From: a virus | Direction: 5' to 3' (one strand) | Virus record (IMG/VR): IMGVR_UViG_3300034683_000092 | Location: 1 to 64,000 of that record | DNA length: 64,000 nt | Program-made: the position numbers and the translations under genes | Shown: piece by piece, positions 54,441 through 64,000 of the stretch | How positions within the stretch are numbered: position 1 is the stretch's first letter | Layout: every line of letters begins with the position of its first letter | Notes under the pieces: generated by a model | The model's database searches: none | What the model saw: only the letters and a program-made list of their open reading frames with translations | What the model was told of the DNA's origin: nothing

Positions 54441-55142
54441 ATGGCTGCACCAGTAAATGCGCAGAAGCATGTTTACGACGGTGTTAAATTCGATAGCGGT
54501 CTAGAGGTTTTTTGCTATAAACAGCTTAAAGCCTCTGGCATCGCTTTTGAATATAATACTATGTCATTCGTGCTAGCGGACTCTTTTAGACCAGATAACG
54601 TTTTGATATATAAATACAATAAAGAGCATGGGTTTATATGTAGAAATCAAGCGGAACGAGGTCAGATCTATACTCCAGACTTTGTGATAAAGGATGGAAA
54701 TAGAATTTTTATAATAGAATGTAAAGGCAGAGCTAATGAAAGATACCCTTTAATGAGAAAAGCGTTCTTTAGAATGATGGACTTAGATAACAATAACAGG
54801 TATTTCTTTTTTGAGCCAGCCAATAACAAACAAGTAATAAGCACAATCGAGACGATTATGAGTAAATTAAATCTAATTAAAAACGGTCTTCTTTTAGTAA
54901 AAGACAATTTGTCTAAAAAGGATTTTCTTCTTTTAAATAATCTTTTAGATGATCGAAAGTTTGTTGACTTTATAGAGTTAACAAGAGCGATGCTCAGAAA
55001 AGAAAAAGGCAAACCAAGAGAAGAAAGAGATAAGATGTTTATTTTTAACCTTGAAAACACTATTTTTGAGACTACAGAGTATTATAAACAAACACTTCCT
55101 CAAGACGAAGAAGATATATTAGAAAGCTATGATGAACTTTAA
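54441..55142 (+). CDS. PD-(D/E)XK endonuclease (Holliday-junction-resolvase-like) with C-terminal extension
   Basis: DGVKFDS.LE, YTPDF and IIECKG motifs. Confidence 0.8.
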   Translation: MAAPVNAQKHVYDGVKFDSGLEVFCYKQLKASGIAFEYNTMSFVLADSFRPDNVLIYKYNKEHGFICRNQAERGQIYTPDFVIKDGNRIFIIECKGRANERYPLMRKAFFRMMDLDNNNRYFFFEPANNKQVISTIETIMSKLNLIKNGLLLVKDNLSKKDFLLLNNLLDDRKFVDFIELTRAMLRKEKGKPREERDKMFIFNLENTIFETTEYYKQTLPQDEEDILESYDEL

Positions 55143-56154
55143 GGATATTTCGTGGCAAGTTACAGAGCCAGAGTATAGAGCCTCTAAAAACTTGTCTTAC
55201 TCAACGCTAGCGACCTTTTTAAGAGAAGGATTACCTGGGCTAAAAAGAACGCTAGATGGAGAGAAGAAAAGCTCTTCGTCATTGCTTTTTGGCAGCTTGT
55301 TTGATACAATGCTAACAGGCGCAGAAGATTTTGACAAGTTGTTCTTAGTTGGTGATTTTAAACAGCCAACACAGGCAGTGTTAAATATAATAAATGAATT
55401 GTTTAGTAAATACAAACAAGCTGATGACTTTGAGAAAATAAGACTATCTAGTCTCTCTGGATTTACAAAAGAGGAAGTTATAGCTGCATGCAACAAGTAT
55501 GATTATTACTCTAGAGCTAAAGACGATACCCGCATAGGGTATATAAGCGGAGCAAAAGACTATTATTCAATGCTTGTTTTGTCAGAAGATAAATCTGTTG
55601 TTTCAAAAGAGGATTTTCAATCGGCTGTAGACTGCATCAAAGCTGTTAAGTCATCGAATTTCACGAAATGGATATTTGATGGAACTTATGAATTGCATTA
55701 TCAATTGAAATTTAAGTTAGATGGAGTTTTTAATATAAGATGTATGTTTGACATAATACTAGTAGATTATGAAAACAAGCAAATATTCCCAATTGATTTA
55801 AAAACATCTTCTCATCAAGAGATTGAGTTTTATAAATCCTTTTATGAGTGGAGTTATTATATACAAAGTTCTATGTATTCTTTTATTTTAAGAGAATCAA
55901 TAAAGAATACTCCATTTGCAGATTTCAAGGTAATGCCGTTTATGTTTTTACCTATAAACAGATATACTAGATCTCCTTTATTGTGGATTGATTCAAAATC
56001 AATACTAGAAGACCCAAGCTATTTCTATTTAAATGGGAACAAAATACCGTCTTGGAAAGAACTGTATGAAAACGCTTTGTATGCTATTAAAAACAATGAG
56101 TTTCATTATACGAGAGAGATTATTGAAAATAAAGGTTTCATGGAATTAAAATAA
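55129..56154 (+). CDS. PD-(D/E)XK exonuclease (ExoVIII/DUF3799-like)
   Basis: LSYSTL, FGS..D, RCMFD, IDLKT and Y.IQ..MY motifs. Confidence 0.8.
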   Translation: MMNFKDISWQVTEPEYRASKNLSYSTLATFLREGLPGLKRTLDGEKKSSSSLLFGSLFDTMLTGAEDFDKLFLVGDFKQPTQAVLNIINELFSKYKQADDFEKIRLSSLSGFTKEEVIAACNKYDYYSRAKDDTRIGYISGAKDYYSMLVLSEDKSVVSKEDFQSAVDCIKAVKSSNFTKWIFDGTYELHYQLKFKLDGVFNIRCMFDIILVDYENKQIFPIDLKTSSHQEIEFYKSFYEWSYYIQSSMYSFILRESIKNTPFADFKVMPFMFLPINRYTRSPLLWIDSKSILEDPSYFYLNGNKIPSWKELYENALYAIKNNEFHYTREIIENKGFMELK

Positions 56155-56162
56155 ATAAAAAT

Positions 56163-56654
56163 ATGATAATACTACTAATAATTACAATTTGCTTATGGGT
56201 TTGGTTATGCTTTTCAGTTTTGCCAATTAAGAAAAAACAAATCAATTTAATATCTTCAAACAAAAAAGAAGACGATCTGTTATTACCGATCATAGATATT
56301 GAGATAGCTGGAATAAAAACAAAAGCTATAATTGACACAGGTTCTTCTTTGAATATAATCAATAAGCATTTTGCGATGAAGAATAATTTATTTGTTGATT
56401 ATGCAAAAGAAAAAGAAGTAGACAGCTTTTTAACAGCGCAAGGAGAGACATCTACAGATGGTGTTTTGGCTTGTCAAACTGTTATAAACAATGATTTTAT
56501 GAGAGATCTTGAATTCGTTGTTTATGACATGCAAAGAGCTATGGACGCTATCAGCGAGTCAATAAACAGCGAGGTGTCTATAATACTTGGTGTTGAAGCT
56601 ATTAAGAAATTTAATATAACTATTAAAATGAATGAAGGAGTTATTATTTTATAA
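56163..56654 (+). CDS. Retropepsin-like aspartic protease with N-terminal membrane anchor
   Basis: AIIDTGSS and IILG motifs; hydrophobic N-terminus. Confidence 0.82.
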   Translation: MIILLIITICLWVWLCFSVLPIKKKQINLISSNKKEDDLLLPIIDIEIAGIKTKAIIDTGSSLNIINKHFAMKNNLFVDYAKEKEVDSFLTAQGETSTDGVLACQTVINNDFMRDLEFVVYDMQRAMDAISESINSEVSIILGVEAIKKFNITIKMNEGVIIL

Positions 56655-58032
56655 CGCTAGAATTGATAATCAAGGATTAGCGATTTGTGTTTCAAATAAA
56701 GATAAAGTTGTTAAATTCACGATCAATGAGAATCAAAATGATATAAATGGTATTGTGAGTTTGTTCTCAAGCGACAGATATATATTTGTGGGATTCGGAA
56801 ATCAAAGACTTGAAAATCCATGGATAAATTCATTGATAGCTAACTATTCAATGATTGTAAAAGAGAATCTATCATTTCCTCAAATAATTGAGGAGATGGA
56901 TAGGCTCTCTAGAGAAATAGAACATGGAGAAGTCCCTGAAGAAAAGTATATGAGGTTTTTTGAATACATAGATTTATCTTGCACTGAGAAGTTTAAAGAC
57001 TTTAATAAGGGAGTTTTAGATCAAGCTGAAGAGTTGAAAGTTATACAAAGGATGTATATTGAATCTAAAAACTATATTAGTTTTGCTAATTATATAAAAA
57101 ACAAATATAGACTGGCAGATATAAATATGCATCCGCACAAACTTATTCAAGCTGCTTTAATAAATTTCATTGCCGTAGAAACGTTTAGCACTGTATCTGA
57201 AACATACAGGCGTATTAAGAAGATCAAGCCATTGCCTCGAATGATAGAATGCTTGGTCAACCCGCCAATGAGAGAGTCATTAAGAAAAATGCTAGAGGTT
57301 AGGGCTGCCAATATACGCATTGGTAGTTATGAAATTTATACGAGCAATTCAGTAATAAGATATTGCAAAGGATCTTTTAAGCTAGACGAGGAGTCGGATG
57401 ACATTGTCGTTCAATTAGATGTGAATAGATTCTATCCATCTATTGTTGTCAATAATGAAATCTACCCGTGGTCGTGCGGAGATTATTTCATAAAGGCTTT
57501 TAAAGAGCTCTACGACGAGATCTCTTCGCCAGCGTGTTATGGCAACAAAGATGGATATAAGCTTCTTAAAACAGGCTTAAATTCAATCTGCGGGAGCATT
57601 GGCAATGGACAGAGTATCTTATTTGACGAAGTAGCTAGAAAAGCGATCATTGATTTCTCAAAGAAATACATATTATCATTAGTTGATATGATACTATTCA
57701 ATGATTTTGATGTTATAGCTATTAATACTGATGCAGTATTTATACGTGTTAATAAAAACAAATTAGAGCTATTAAAGAAGTGCATTAAAATTTGGGAGTC
57801 AAAATCAAAATTATCATTAAAGATAAAAGAGTATTCTTTTTTCGTTATGAGGAATGAATGCGAATACATTGGTCTTTCAGATGATGATTTTGAATATGAG
57901 ATTAAAGGAAATTTGTTTAATGATAAAGATGTATTTGATTACTTCGTTAACAAATGCAAACCCAATCAAAAGAATAAAGCTCTAATGAAGTTTTTAAATA
58001 GTTTAAACCCTAAACAATTAAGTTTATTTTGA
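56632..58032 (+). CDS. Family B DNA polymerase-like protein, shortened and degenerate
   Basis: LDVNRFYPS, K..LNSICG and INTDAV match PolB motifs A, B and C with substitutions. Confidence 0.75.
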   Translation: MKELLFYNARIDNQGLAICVSNKDKVVKFTINENQNDINGIVSLFSSDRYIFVGFGNQRLENPWINSLIANYSMIVKENLSFPQIIEEMDRLSREIEHGEVPEEKYMRFFEYIDLSCTEKFKDFNKGVLDQAEELKVIQRMYIESKNYISFANYIKNKYRLADINMHPHKLIQAALINFIAVETFSTVSETYRRIKKIKPLPRMIECLVNPPMRESLRKMLEVRAANIRIGSYEIYTSNSVIRYCKGSFKLDEESDDIVVQLDVNRFYPSIVVNNEIYPWSCGDYFIKAFKELYDEISSPACYGNKDGYKLLKTGLNSICGSIGNGQSILFDEVARKAIIDFSKKYILSLVDMILFNDFDVIAINTDAVFIRVNKNKLELLKKCIKIWESKSKLSLKIKEYSFFVMRNECEYIGLSDDDFEYEIKGNLFNDKDVFDYFVNKCKPNQKNKALMKFLNSLNPKQLSLF

Positions 58033-58200
58033 TGAAAATACAAAAGAATGAATCAGTGATAATGTCTTTTGAGGGTAGAAAAGAGATTTTGTTGTTAAAT
58101 AGAATATTAACTGCTTTACTTGAAGACAAGGTTGGATTTAAAAACAATTTATTAAATGAGAAAGAGAAGGATTTTGTTAAAAACATAAAAAAAGATATAG

Positions 58201-58806
58201 ATGGAAAATAATATATTTATATTTAGTGACCCGCATTTTGGTCATAAAAATATAGTAAGATCAGTATCTTCTTGGGATGATAAGTCTGGATGTAGAGATT
58301 TTAATTCCATTGAAGAAATGAATGAAACAATTGTAAAAAACATAAATAGCACTGTTTCTGAAAACGACTTTCTGTTTTGTTTAGGTGATTGGTCTTTTGG
58401 AGGTCAAGCTAATATTTCTAAATACAGAAATATGATAAACGTAAAAGAAATAAGTTTAATACCAGGAAATCACGACGACAAATTGGTAAGTCTAATAAGG
58501 ACAGATCCATTAGTTAGATCGTCATTTGTCTTATGTAGAGATATAACTATATTTAAATGTCATGGATGCATATTTGTTTTGTCTCACATGCCAGTAAGAG
58601 ATGACATTGTTGATAAGCTATTAAATGGTAGAAATATCGACAATACGCCTATTATATTAATTAATGGGCATCTTCATGGGAGTAAATATCCTGATAACGG
58701 ATTTAAACGATATTTCAGGCTAGACGCATCAATTGAAACTAATAATTATCTTCCTTACAATATTCTTGATATAATTAAACTATACAATGAGTCAGAGTAT
58801 ATTTAA
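58201..58806 (+). CDS. Calcineurin-like metallophosphoesterase
   Basis: SDPHFGH, LGD, GNHD, SHMP and GHLH motifs. Confidence 0.9.
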   Translation: MENNIFIFSDPHFGHKNIVRSVSSWDDKSGCRDFNSIEEMNETIVKNINSTVSENDFLFCLGDWSFGGQANISKYRNMINVKEISLIPGNHDDKLVSLIRTDPLVRSSFVLCRDITIFKCHGCIFVLSHMPVRDDIVDKLLNGRNIDNTPIILINGHLHGSKYPDNGFKRYFRLDASIETNNYLPYNILDIIKLYNESEYI

Positions 58807-59230
58807 AAAAGGGATGTATTTTAGACGCAAAGACGGAGCTTTGTTTATTAAACGAGGCTCCGTTTACTTGTCTAGAAGATACCCTCTTAGAAGTACTGAG
58901 AATAGGTTATTAGAAATACATTCTATAGAGAACTCAGAAGATTATACTATAATTAAAAAAATACAGTATAATCAGATGATGAACAATTTATTTAATAATA
59001 ATAAGCTATTAAATAAAGATGATAAATACAAACCTGGAGGCGTATTAGAGGATGATATTTCTGAGAAAGATCTACCAGAACACGTATTCCATCAAGGTAA
59101 ACTATGGGATGTAGAGAAAAACTGGTTTAGATATGGAAGACTAATGCTTCGTATTGGTAATAATATGAAGATTACAAAACTAAAAAACTGTAGGTATGCA
59201 TGCTTGAAGAAAAAAGAAATAACGGACTAA
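58787..59230 (+). CDS. Hypothetical protein
   Basis: Packed ORF. Confidence 0.55.
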   Translation: MSQSIFKKGMYFRRKDGALFIKRGSVYLSRRYPLRSTENRLLEIHSIENSEDYTIIKKIQYNQMMNNLFNNNKLLNKDDKYKPGGVLEDDISEKDLPEHVFHQGKLWDVEKNWFRYGRLMLRIGNNMKITKLKNCRYACLKKKEITD

Positions 59231-59520
59231 AAAATGATTTAGCAGAAGATAAACTCAGATGGGATCTTCTGCCCATCGAAGAAATAGAAGAACTAGTAGA
59301 TGTTCTAACTAAAGGCGCTAAAAAGTATGCTGACAATAGCTGGCAAGAACTACCAAATGGAGTCGAGAGATATAAAGCTGCTTTAATGAGGCATCTAGTC
59401 GAATGGTGGAAAGGTAATGAGATAGATAATGGTGTTGGAGGAATTGGAGTTAGACATATAGCTCAAGTAGCAGTAAACGCTATATTTTTAATGTATTTAA
59501 CTAAACATAATCCAAAATAA
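59200..59520 (+). CDS. dATP/dGTP diphosphohydrolase-domain (DUF5664-like) protein
   Basis: K.D..KLRWDLLP, GAKKY..N.W, A.MRHL and H.A..A.N..FL motifs. Confidence 0.85.
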   Translation: MLEEKRNNGLKNDLAEDKLRWDLLPIEEIEELVDVLTKGAKKYADNSWQELPNGVERYKAALMRHLVEWWKGNEIDNGVGGIGVRHIAQVAVNAIFLMYLTKHNPK

Positions 59521-59530
59521 TATTAATATT

Positions 59531-60052
59531 ATGGAAATAAAAACTGTAAAAATAGAAAGAAATTACTATATAGCAGATGACGGAAAACGTTTTGAACACG
59601 AAGACGATTGCACTGCTTATGAAAGAAGGGTATTATTAGGCATAAAAGAAATAGAGGATGCTACTTTTTTAAATCTTTATTTAGATATAGATCCAAATAG
59701 TTATGACAACGAAGTAATACCATATATATTTACGGCAAACTCAAATTACTCAATGCTTGACTATTATTTCGCTTGCCAAATGGATAAAAAGTCTTATGAT
59801 TTTTACAAACTTGGAATAAAGACCTTTGATCTCCTGTGTAATAAACACGAAGCTCCAGAACATCTAAAAAAGGATATTATTGATGACGTTCAATTGATCC
59901 CTGGTAAAAAGTATATATTAGTTTATCATAAATATGGCGGAGAGCATATTGAATCATACGGATATGACGATTGCGTCATTCTGGATGAACTTGACCGTGT
60001 AATAGACCACACGAACATTTGGATTAACAATGCGTTTTATTTAAATAAATAA
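59531..60052 (+). CDS. Hypothetical protein
   Basis: YIADDGKRF...DC..YE N-terminus common in phages. Confidence 0.65.
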   Translation: MEIKTVKIERNYYIADDGKRFEHEDDCTAYERRVLLGIKEIEDATFLNLYLDIDPNSYDNEVIPYIFTANSNYSMLDYYFACQMDKKSYDFYKLGIKTFDLLCNKHEAPEHLKKDIIDDVQLIPGKKYILVYHKYGGEHIESYGYDDCVILDELDRVIDHTNIWINNAFYLNK

Positions 60053-60057
60053 TTATT

Positions 60058-60924
60058 ATGAAACTAGAAAAAGCTAGTTATGAAATATGGGATGAGAAAA
60101 TCCCATTATATGACCACATAGAAAGATGCGGTAGAATTTGCTACGCTAGTGAGCCTATTGGCGGAGAAAAAGCAATTGAGTTTTGCAATAGATTAATTAA
60201 GTCTGGTCATTTAAGCGTTTTAGAGCATGGTACAATTTATTTATCAATGAATTCTGAAACAGAAGAGAGTTTAAAATATGATGAAAATCCATATTCTGAA
60301 TACTACGACAACGATGAGTTTGAGCTTGGGCAAGCGTGTATAGTGACTAATTTAAGAGTTCTTATTGAGAATAGATGGATGGATGATTTGCAATATGCAT
60401 GCGAGCCAACACCATATCATGATAAAAGGATAACAGTCAAATGGAATGTAAACAGAGCCATAGCAAATGAAATAGTAAGGCACAGAAAATTTAGCTTTAG
60501 CCAGCAAAGTACTCGCTATTGCAATTTTTCCAAAGATAAATTTGGCAATGAGCTAACGTTTATTATCCCAAGTTGGATTGATGAGAATATAATAATCAAA
60601 GAGTTTGGTTCATTAAACGGGTTGTCATATCATAAAGACATCGATAGATTTCAGAAGTCAGAATGCGCAAATGAATCTAACTTTTTGCAAGGCATAGCAT
60701 TTTCTGAAGCTAACTATTTGACTCTTCTTAAAAACGGATTAAAGCCAGAGCAAGCAAGAGATGTATTGCCTTTGGCTTTAAAAACAGAGCTTGTGATGAC
60801 TGGGTTTGCTCATGATTGGGCTGCATTCTTTAAATTAAGATGCGATAATCATGCGCATCCAGACGTTAGACAATTAGCGATTAAATTAAGAGATGACTTT
60901 TATAAAAAGGGGTATATAGTATGA
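60058..60924 (+). CDS. thyX: Flavin-dependent thymidylate synthase
   Basis: GH.SVLEH, EIVRHRKFSFSQQSTRY, EQAR.VLP and LR....AHP motifs. Confidence 0.95.
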   Translation: MKLEKASYEIWDEKIPLYDHIERCGRICYASEPIGGEKAIEFCNRLIKSGHLSVLEHGTIYLSMNSETEESLKYDENPYSEYYDNDEFELGQACIVTNLRVLIENRWMDDLQYACEPTPYHDKRITVKWNVNRAIANEIVRHRKFSFSQQSTRYCNFSKDKFGNELTFIIPSWIDENIIIKEFGSLNGLSYHKDIDRFQKSECANESNFLQGIAFSEANYLTLLKNGLKPEQARDVLPLALKTELVMTGFAHDWAAFFKLRCDNHAHPDVRQLAIKLRDDFYKKGYIV

Positions 60925-61199
60925 CACCGAAAGAATTAATAAAAAAAAATTGTTTATCTAATATAGTTGTAGGTAAAAATCAAAAAGTTGTATACGCAGA
61001 GATCGCTCTTACAGCAATAGAAATGGCATTGAATGGCAACTCTAATTCAAATGTAAAATATATTCCATATCAAAAATGTCCTATATGCCAAGGGAAAGGA
61101 ACCGTTCAAGAGTTTAATGGTAGTGCTATAAATTTAATTCCATGTAGAAAATGCAATGGATTAATGGTTATACCTATGTTTGAAATAAAACAAAAATAG
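60921..61199 (+). CDS. Small protein with DnaJ-type Zn-finger repeats
   Basis: CPICQGKG...CRKCNG. Confidence 0.65.
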   Translation: MTPKELIKKNCLSNIVVGKNQKVVYAEIALTAIEMALNGNSNSNVKYIPYQKCPICQGKGTVQEFNGSAINLIPCRKCNGLMVIPMFEIKQK

Positions 61200-61213
61200 T
61201 TTAAAATATAATT

Positions 61214-61606
61214 ATGACACCAAAAGAATTAATGAACGAGAAAAGGCTTAGTGTCTTAGAAGAAGCAGCTAAAATGAATACTCATATTCATTATATAGAT
61301 GAAGTTTATCCATCTGAAATAAAAGATATAGTATCTGATATGGAGCAATCTTTTATTGATGGAGCGCAATGGCAAAGAGAGATGTCTTGGAAGGATATTG
61401 AAAAATCAGGTTATCCTCCATTTGATAAAAACTGCGAGATTTATAAACGAGAAAAGTATTTAGTAAGAGTTTCGGCTGGATCAATAGACCGTAAAGTTTA
61501 CTATACAGTCAGTTTTCTAATTAACAAATGCAGATTTTCAGTAGAAGGTGACTGGGTACAAGTAACTCATTGGATGCCAATACCTGAGTTTAATATAAAA
61601 ACATAA
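61214..61606 (+). CDS. DUF551-like hypothetical protein
   Basis: FIDGAQWQ and VTHWMPIP motifs. Confidence 0.6.
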   Translation: MTPKELMNEKRLSVLEEAAKMNTHIHYIDEVYPSEIKDIVSDMEQSFIDGAQWQREMSWKDIEKSGYPPFDKNCEIYKREKYLVRVSAGSIDRKVYYTVSFLINKCRFSVEGDWVQVTHWMPIPEFNIKT

Positions 61607-61608
61607 TA

Positions 61609-62184
61609 ATGATTGACAATTTTGAATTAATCAGTGAATTAATTAAAATAAATAAAGAAAAAGACTGCTTTTTTCATTTGCAGATAATCAGGCGTGGCAA
61701 AGACCACCCTGATTTGCCCGCTGCAAATAGAACTATAATGCAGTATTTTATAGAAGATGAGATACATTTATCTAAACGAAAAGATGAAATTATCTCTTTA
61801 TGTGAATCGTTCAAAGCTAGAGCTTATATAAATCTAGCTCCTAAAAGCTCTATTAGATTAGCTCAATTAGCCAATTGCGAGCTTTCTAAGCGTATATTCG
61901 ATAACGACTATAAGAAAGTACACAAGATATTCAATACTGCCGCAGGGAAGCTTAAAAGCAAGAATCCAATGTGGGTTATTGATGTTGATGATCCTAATTT
62001 GCTAAATGTAATATTAGGGTACTTTGCCAATAATAATATAGATATAAAAGCTATCGTTCCAACTAAAAGCGCTGGTCATATAATATCAAAACCATTTAGG
62101 CTAGATCATTTTATGAAGGAGTTCTCTTATATATCTGTGCACAAGAATAACCCAACTATTTTATTTATACCAAACAGTATATAA
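61609..62184 (+). CDS. Conserved phage protein of unknown function
   Basis: MIDNF, LQIIRRGKD, ARAYIN, WVIDVD and PTK..GHIIS.PF motifs. Confidence 0.6.
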   Translation: MIDNFELISELIKINKEKDCFFHLQIIRRGKDHPDLPAANRTIMQYFIEDEIHLSKRKDEIISLCESFKARAYINLAPKSSIRLAQLANCELSKRIFDNDYKKVHKIFNTAAGKLKSKNPMWVIDVDDPNLLNVILGYFANNNIDIKAIVPTKSAGHIISKPFRLDHFMKEFSYISVHKNNPTILFIPNSI

Positions 62185-62186
62185 TT

Positions 62187-62891
62187 ATGGAAGAGATTAT
62201 TAAAATTTGTGCGTTTAGCGATTTCCATGGAGATTTACCTAATATAGAACCATGCGATTTAGTTATTATAGCTGGTGATATTATACCGTTTAATATACAG
62301 CATAAGAACAATGATTCAAATGAATGGATTAGAACAGTGTTTACGGATTGGTGTAATAGCATCGACTGTAAATATATAGTTGCTATACCTGGCAATCACG
62401 ATAGATGGGCTGAGGGTATTACTAAGACTAAAATGAATAAGTTATTAAGTGGAATAAGCAATATATATATGCTTAGAAATGAATTCTTAGAGTTAGACGT
62501 TTTAGATTCAGGTCATGATTTGAAGATTTTTGGGACTCCATATTGCGCTAGGTACGGCAATTGGCCTTTTATGAGAGAAGATAAAGTGCTTAAAAAGAAG
62601 TTCGCAGAAATACCAGATGGATTAGATATTTTGATAACGCATGACCCTCCAAATGGATTAAGCGATTGTGATTATTCAAAATACGACGGTCAACATTTGG
62701 GGTCTGTAGCTTTAACTGATAGAATAGAAGACCTAGACAAGTTTGGTAAAAAGCCACGGCTTATTATTTGCGGACATATACACGAAGGGTCTAGAAAATT
62801 TGAGAATGGCATAATTAATGTAGCTATGTTGAATAGACATTGCAATGCTATAATAAATAATCCGAAATATATGTATTTTGTGTATGGATAA
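62187..62891 (+). CDS. Metallophosphoesterase
   Basis: SDFHG, AGD, GNHD, THDPP and GHIH motifs. Confidence 0.9.
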   Translation: MEEIIKICAFSDFHGDLPNIEPCDLVIIAGDIIPFNIQHKNNDSNEWIRTVFTDWCNSIDCKYIVAIPGNHDRWAEGITKTKMNKLLSGISNIYMLRNEFLELDVLDSGHDLKIFGTPYCARYGNWPFMREDKVLKKKFAEIPDGLDILITHDPPNGLSDCDYSKYDGQHLGSVALTDRIEDLDKFGKKPRLIICGHIHEGSRKFENGIINVAMLNRHCNAIINNPKYMYFVYG

Positions 62892-63171
62892 AGGTGTATT
62901 TTTAAATGTGTATAAACCAGCAATATCGCCAATAGAAGGTAGTGTTGCTGGGATTGACGTAGTATTAGATAAATATATACTGTCAGAAAAAGACCAGCAA
63001 GCTTATTCTGTTTATTTTAATGACAATAGAATATGGACTGTATATTATGACGCTGTAGGTGAGTTGTATATTATGGCTGGTAAAATGAACGGTGTTGGAG
63101 TTGTTGGCTATATAGTGACTGAAAATCTGTATTCTCGTATAGAAAGAAATAAGTTAATATTTAAAATTTAA
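62878..63171 (+). CDS. Hypothetical protein
   Basis: Packed ORF. Confidence 0.55.
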   Translation: MCMDKGVFLNVYKPAISPIEGSVAGIDVVLDKYILSEKDQQAYSVYFNDNRIWTVYYDAVGELYIMAGKMNGVGVVGYIVTENLYSRIERNKLIFKI

Positions 63172-63174
63172 AAA

Positions 63175-63702
63175 ATGAAATTAGGAACAAAGAGTTTATT
63201 GTTTGGTGCTCACTGCTTTTTTGTGCATCCTGTCTGCGTGTTAATTGCATGGATTAAAATCTATGGCTTCCCTTTTGATCCAAGAATATGGATTGCTATA
63301 TTAGTTCATGATTGGGGCTATTGGGGAAAGCCAGATATGGATGGCTTGTTAGGTAAGATGCATCCATATTTGGGTGCTAAAATAATGAGATTCTTATTTG
63401 GAGAGAAGTGGTATTGGTTTACATTACTACATTCTAGGTTTATGGCTAGAGAATATGATTTAGAAGTTTCTAAATTGTGCTATGCAGACAAGCTTTCTAT
63501 AAAATATGAATTAAAATGGTTTTACTCGTTAAGAGTTAAGTTATCAGGTGAGTATTTAGAGTATTTTGAACTGATGAGAAGCTATAGACGTCAGTCAGAT
63601 AAATGGCTTGCATCATTTAAAAAGAGGCAAAACGCTCTATCAGAATGGTTTGACTGGGCTAAAGGCCACATGATCTCATTTGTTGAAGACAAACATAAAT
63701 AA
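63175..63702 (+). CDS. HD-domain-like protein
   Basis: H...HP, VHDWGY, HP..GA, HSR and ADK motifs. Confidence 0.65.
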   Translation: MKLGTKSLLFGAHCFFVHPVCVLIAWIKIYGFPFDPRIWIAILVHDWGYWGKPDMDGLLGKMHPYLGAKIMRFLFGEKWYWFTLLHSRFMAREYDLEVSKLCYADKLSIKYELKWFYSLRVKLSGEYLEYFELMRSYRRQSDKWLASFKKRQNALSEWFDWAKGHMISFVEDKHK

Positions 63703-63703
63703 C

Positions 63704-63740
63704 AAAAAAAAGAGGGACTACGTATTGTAATCCCTCTTTT
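63704..63740. terminator. Bidirectional terminator between convergent transcription units
   Basis: A-run, GAGGGA.TAC/GTA.TCCCTC stem, T-run. Confidence 0.85.
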
Positions 63741-63756
63741 ATCCTGTTTTTTGCCT

Positions 63757-64000
63757 CTATCGGAATAATCCAGTTAAATCAGACAATTGAGTATCGTCAT
63801 CAATAAATCCAGACTTTTCTAATTTAGATGCAAAGTCATAATAGCTTGACATATATGGTATTGATTTTCTAAACTCAACCCATCCTCTTAAATCACCTCT
63901 TTGAGTGTATGCATCCTGCCCATTGTTGATCGCTATATCAACACCAGCAACAAACATTTTTGATGCAGCCTCTAACGATTTATAGGCTCTCGTAACAGCT
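63757..64000 (-). CDS. C-terminal end of a gene starting beyond the window (probably a large late/virion protein)
   Basis: Frame is open from 63999 (AVTRAYKSLEAASKMFVAG...) to the stop at 63757. Confidence 0.7.
   Translation of the reverse strand, partial: AVTRAYKSLEAASKMFVAGVDIAINNGQDAYTQRGDLRGWVEFRKSIPYMSSYYDFASKLEKSGFIDDDTQLSDLTGLFR

Noticed and set aside
59200-59520. Z-genome (2-aminoadenine) pathway implied by the dATP/dGTP diphosphohydrolase domain
   Set aside because: No PurZ-like gene in the window, and this domain is widespread in ordinary phages

Overview
This is a 64-kb segment of a crAss-like (Crassvirales) phage genome in the standard genetic code, with a Bacteroidota host inferred from four TTG-N20-TAnnTTTG promoters. 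Positions 1-25.9 kb (minus strand) are the late/virion module: fibre genes, GH19 endolysin, auxiliary capsid and ring proteins, tRNA-Phe and tRNA-Met, major capsid protein, scaffold, exonuclease, spanin/holin, portal, terminase, GroES-like, IHF-like and a full GroEL. The leftmost fibre gene runs off the window and ends in a sequence that looks like a DGR variable repeat. The terminase gene carries two class-3 inteins (Ala1 and Pro1) and a 297-nt group I intron. A roughly 430-nt structured leader precedes groEL, and the coding strand switches at about 26.3-26.7 kb. Positions 26.7-63.7 kb (plus strand) hold many small early genes interspersed with tRNA-Ile(UAU), tRNA-mimic RNAs and other structured spacers. 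These are followed by replication genes (DnaB, an AAA ATPase split by a second group I intron, SSB-like, DnaG), a 7-gene ATP-grasp/COOH-NH2 ligase/amidoligase/double-glutaminase cluster, nucleases, an eroded family-B polymerase, phosphoesterases and ThyX. A bidirectional terminator at 63.7 kb faces a convergent gene that is cut by the right edge. All calls come from reading motifs by eye; no searches or folding programs were run.
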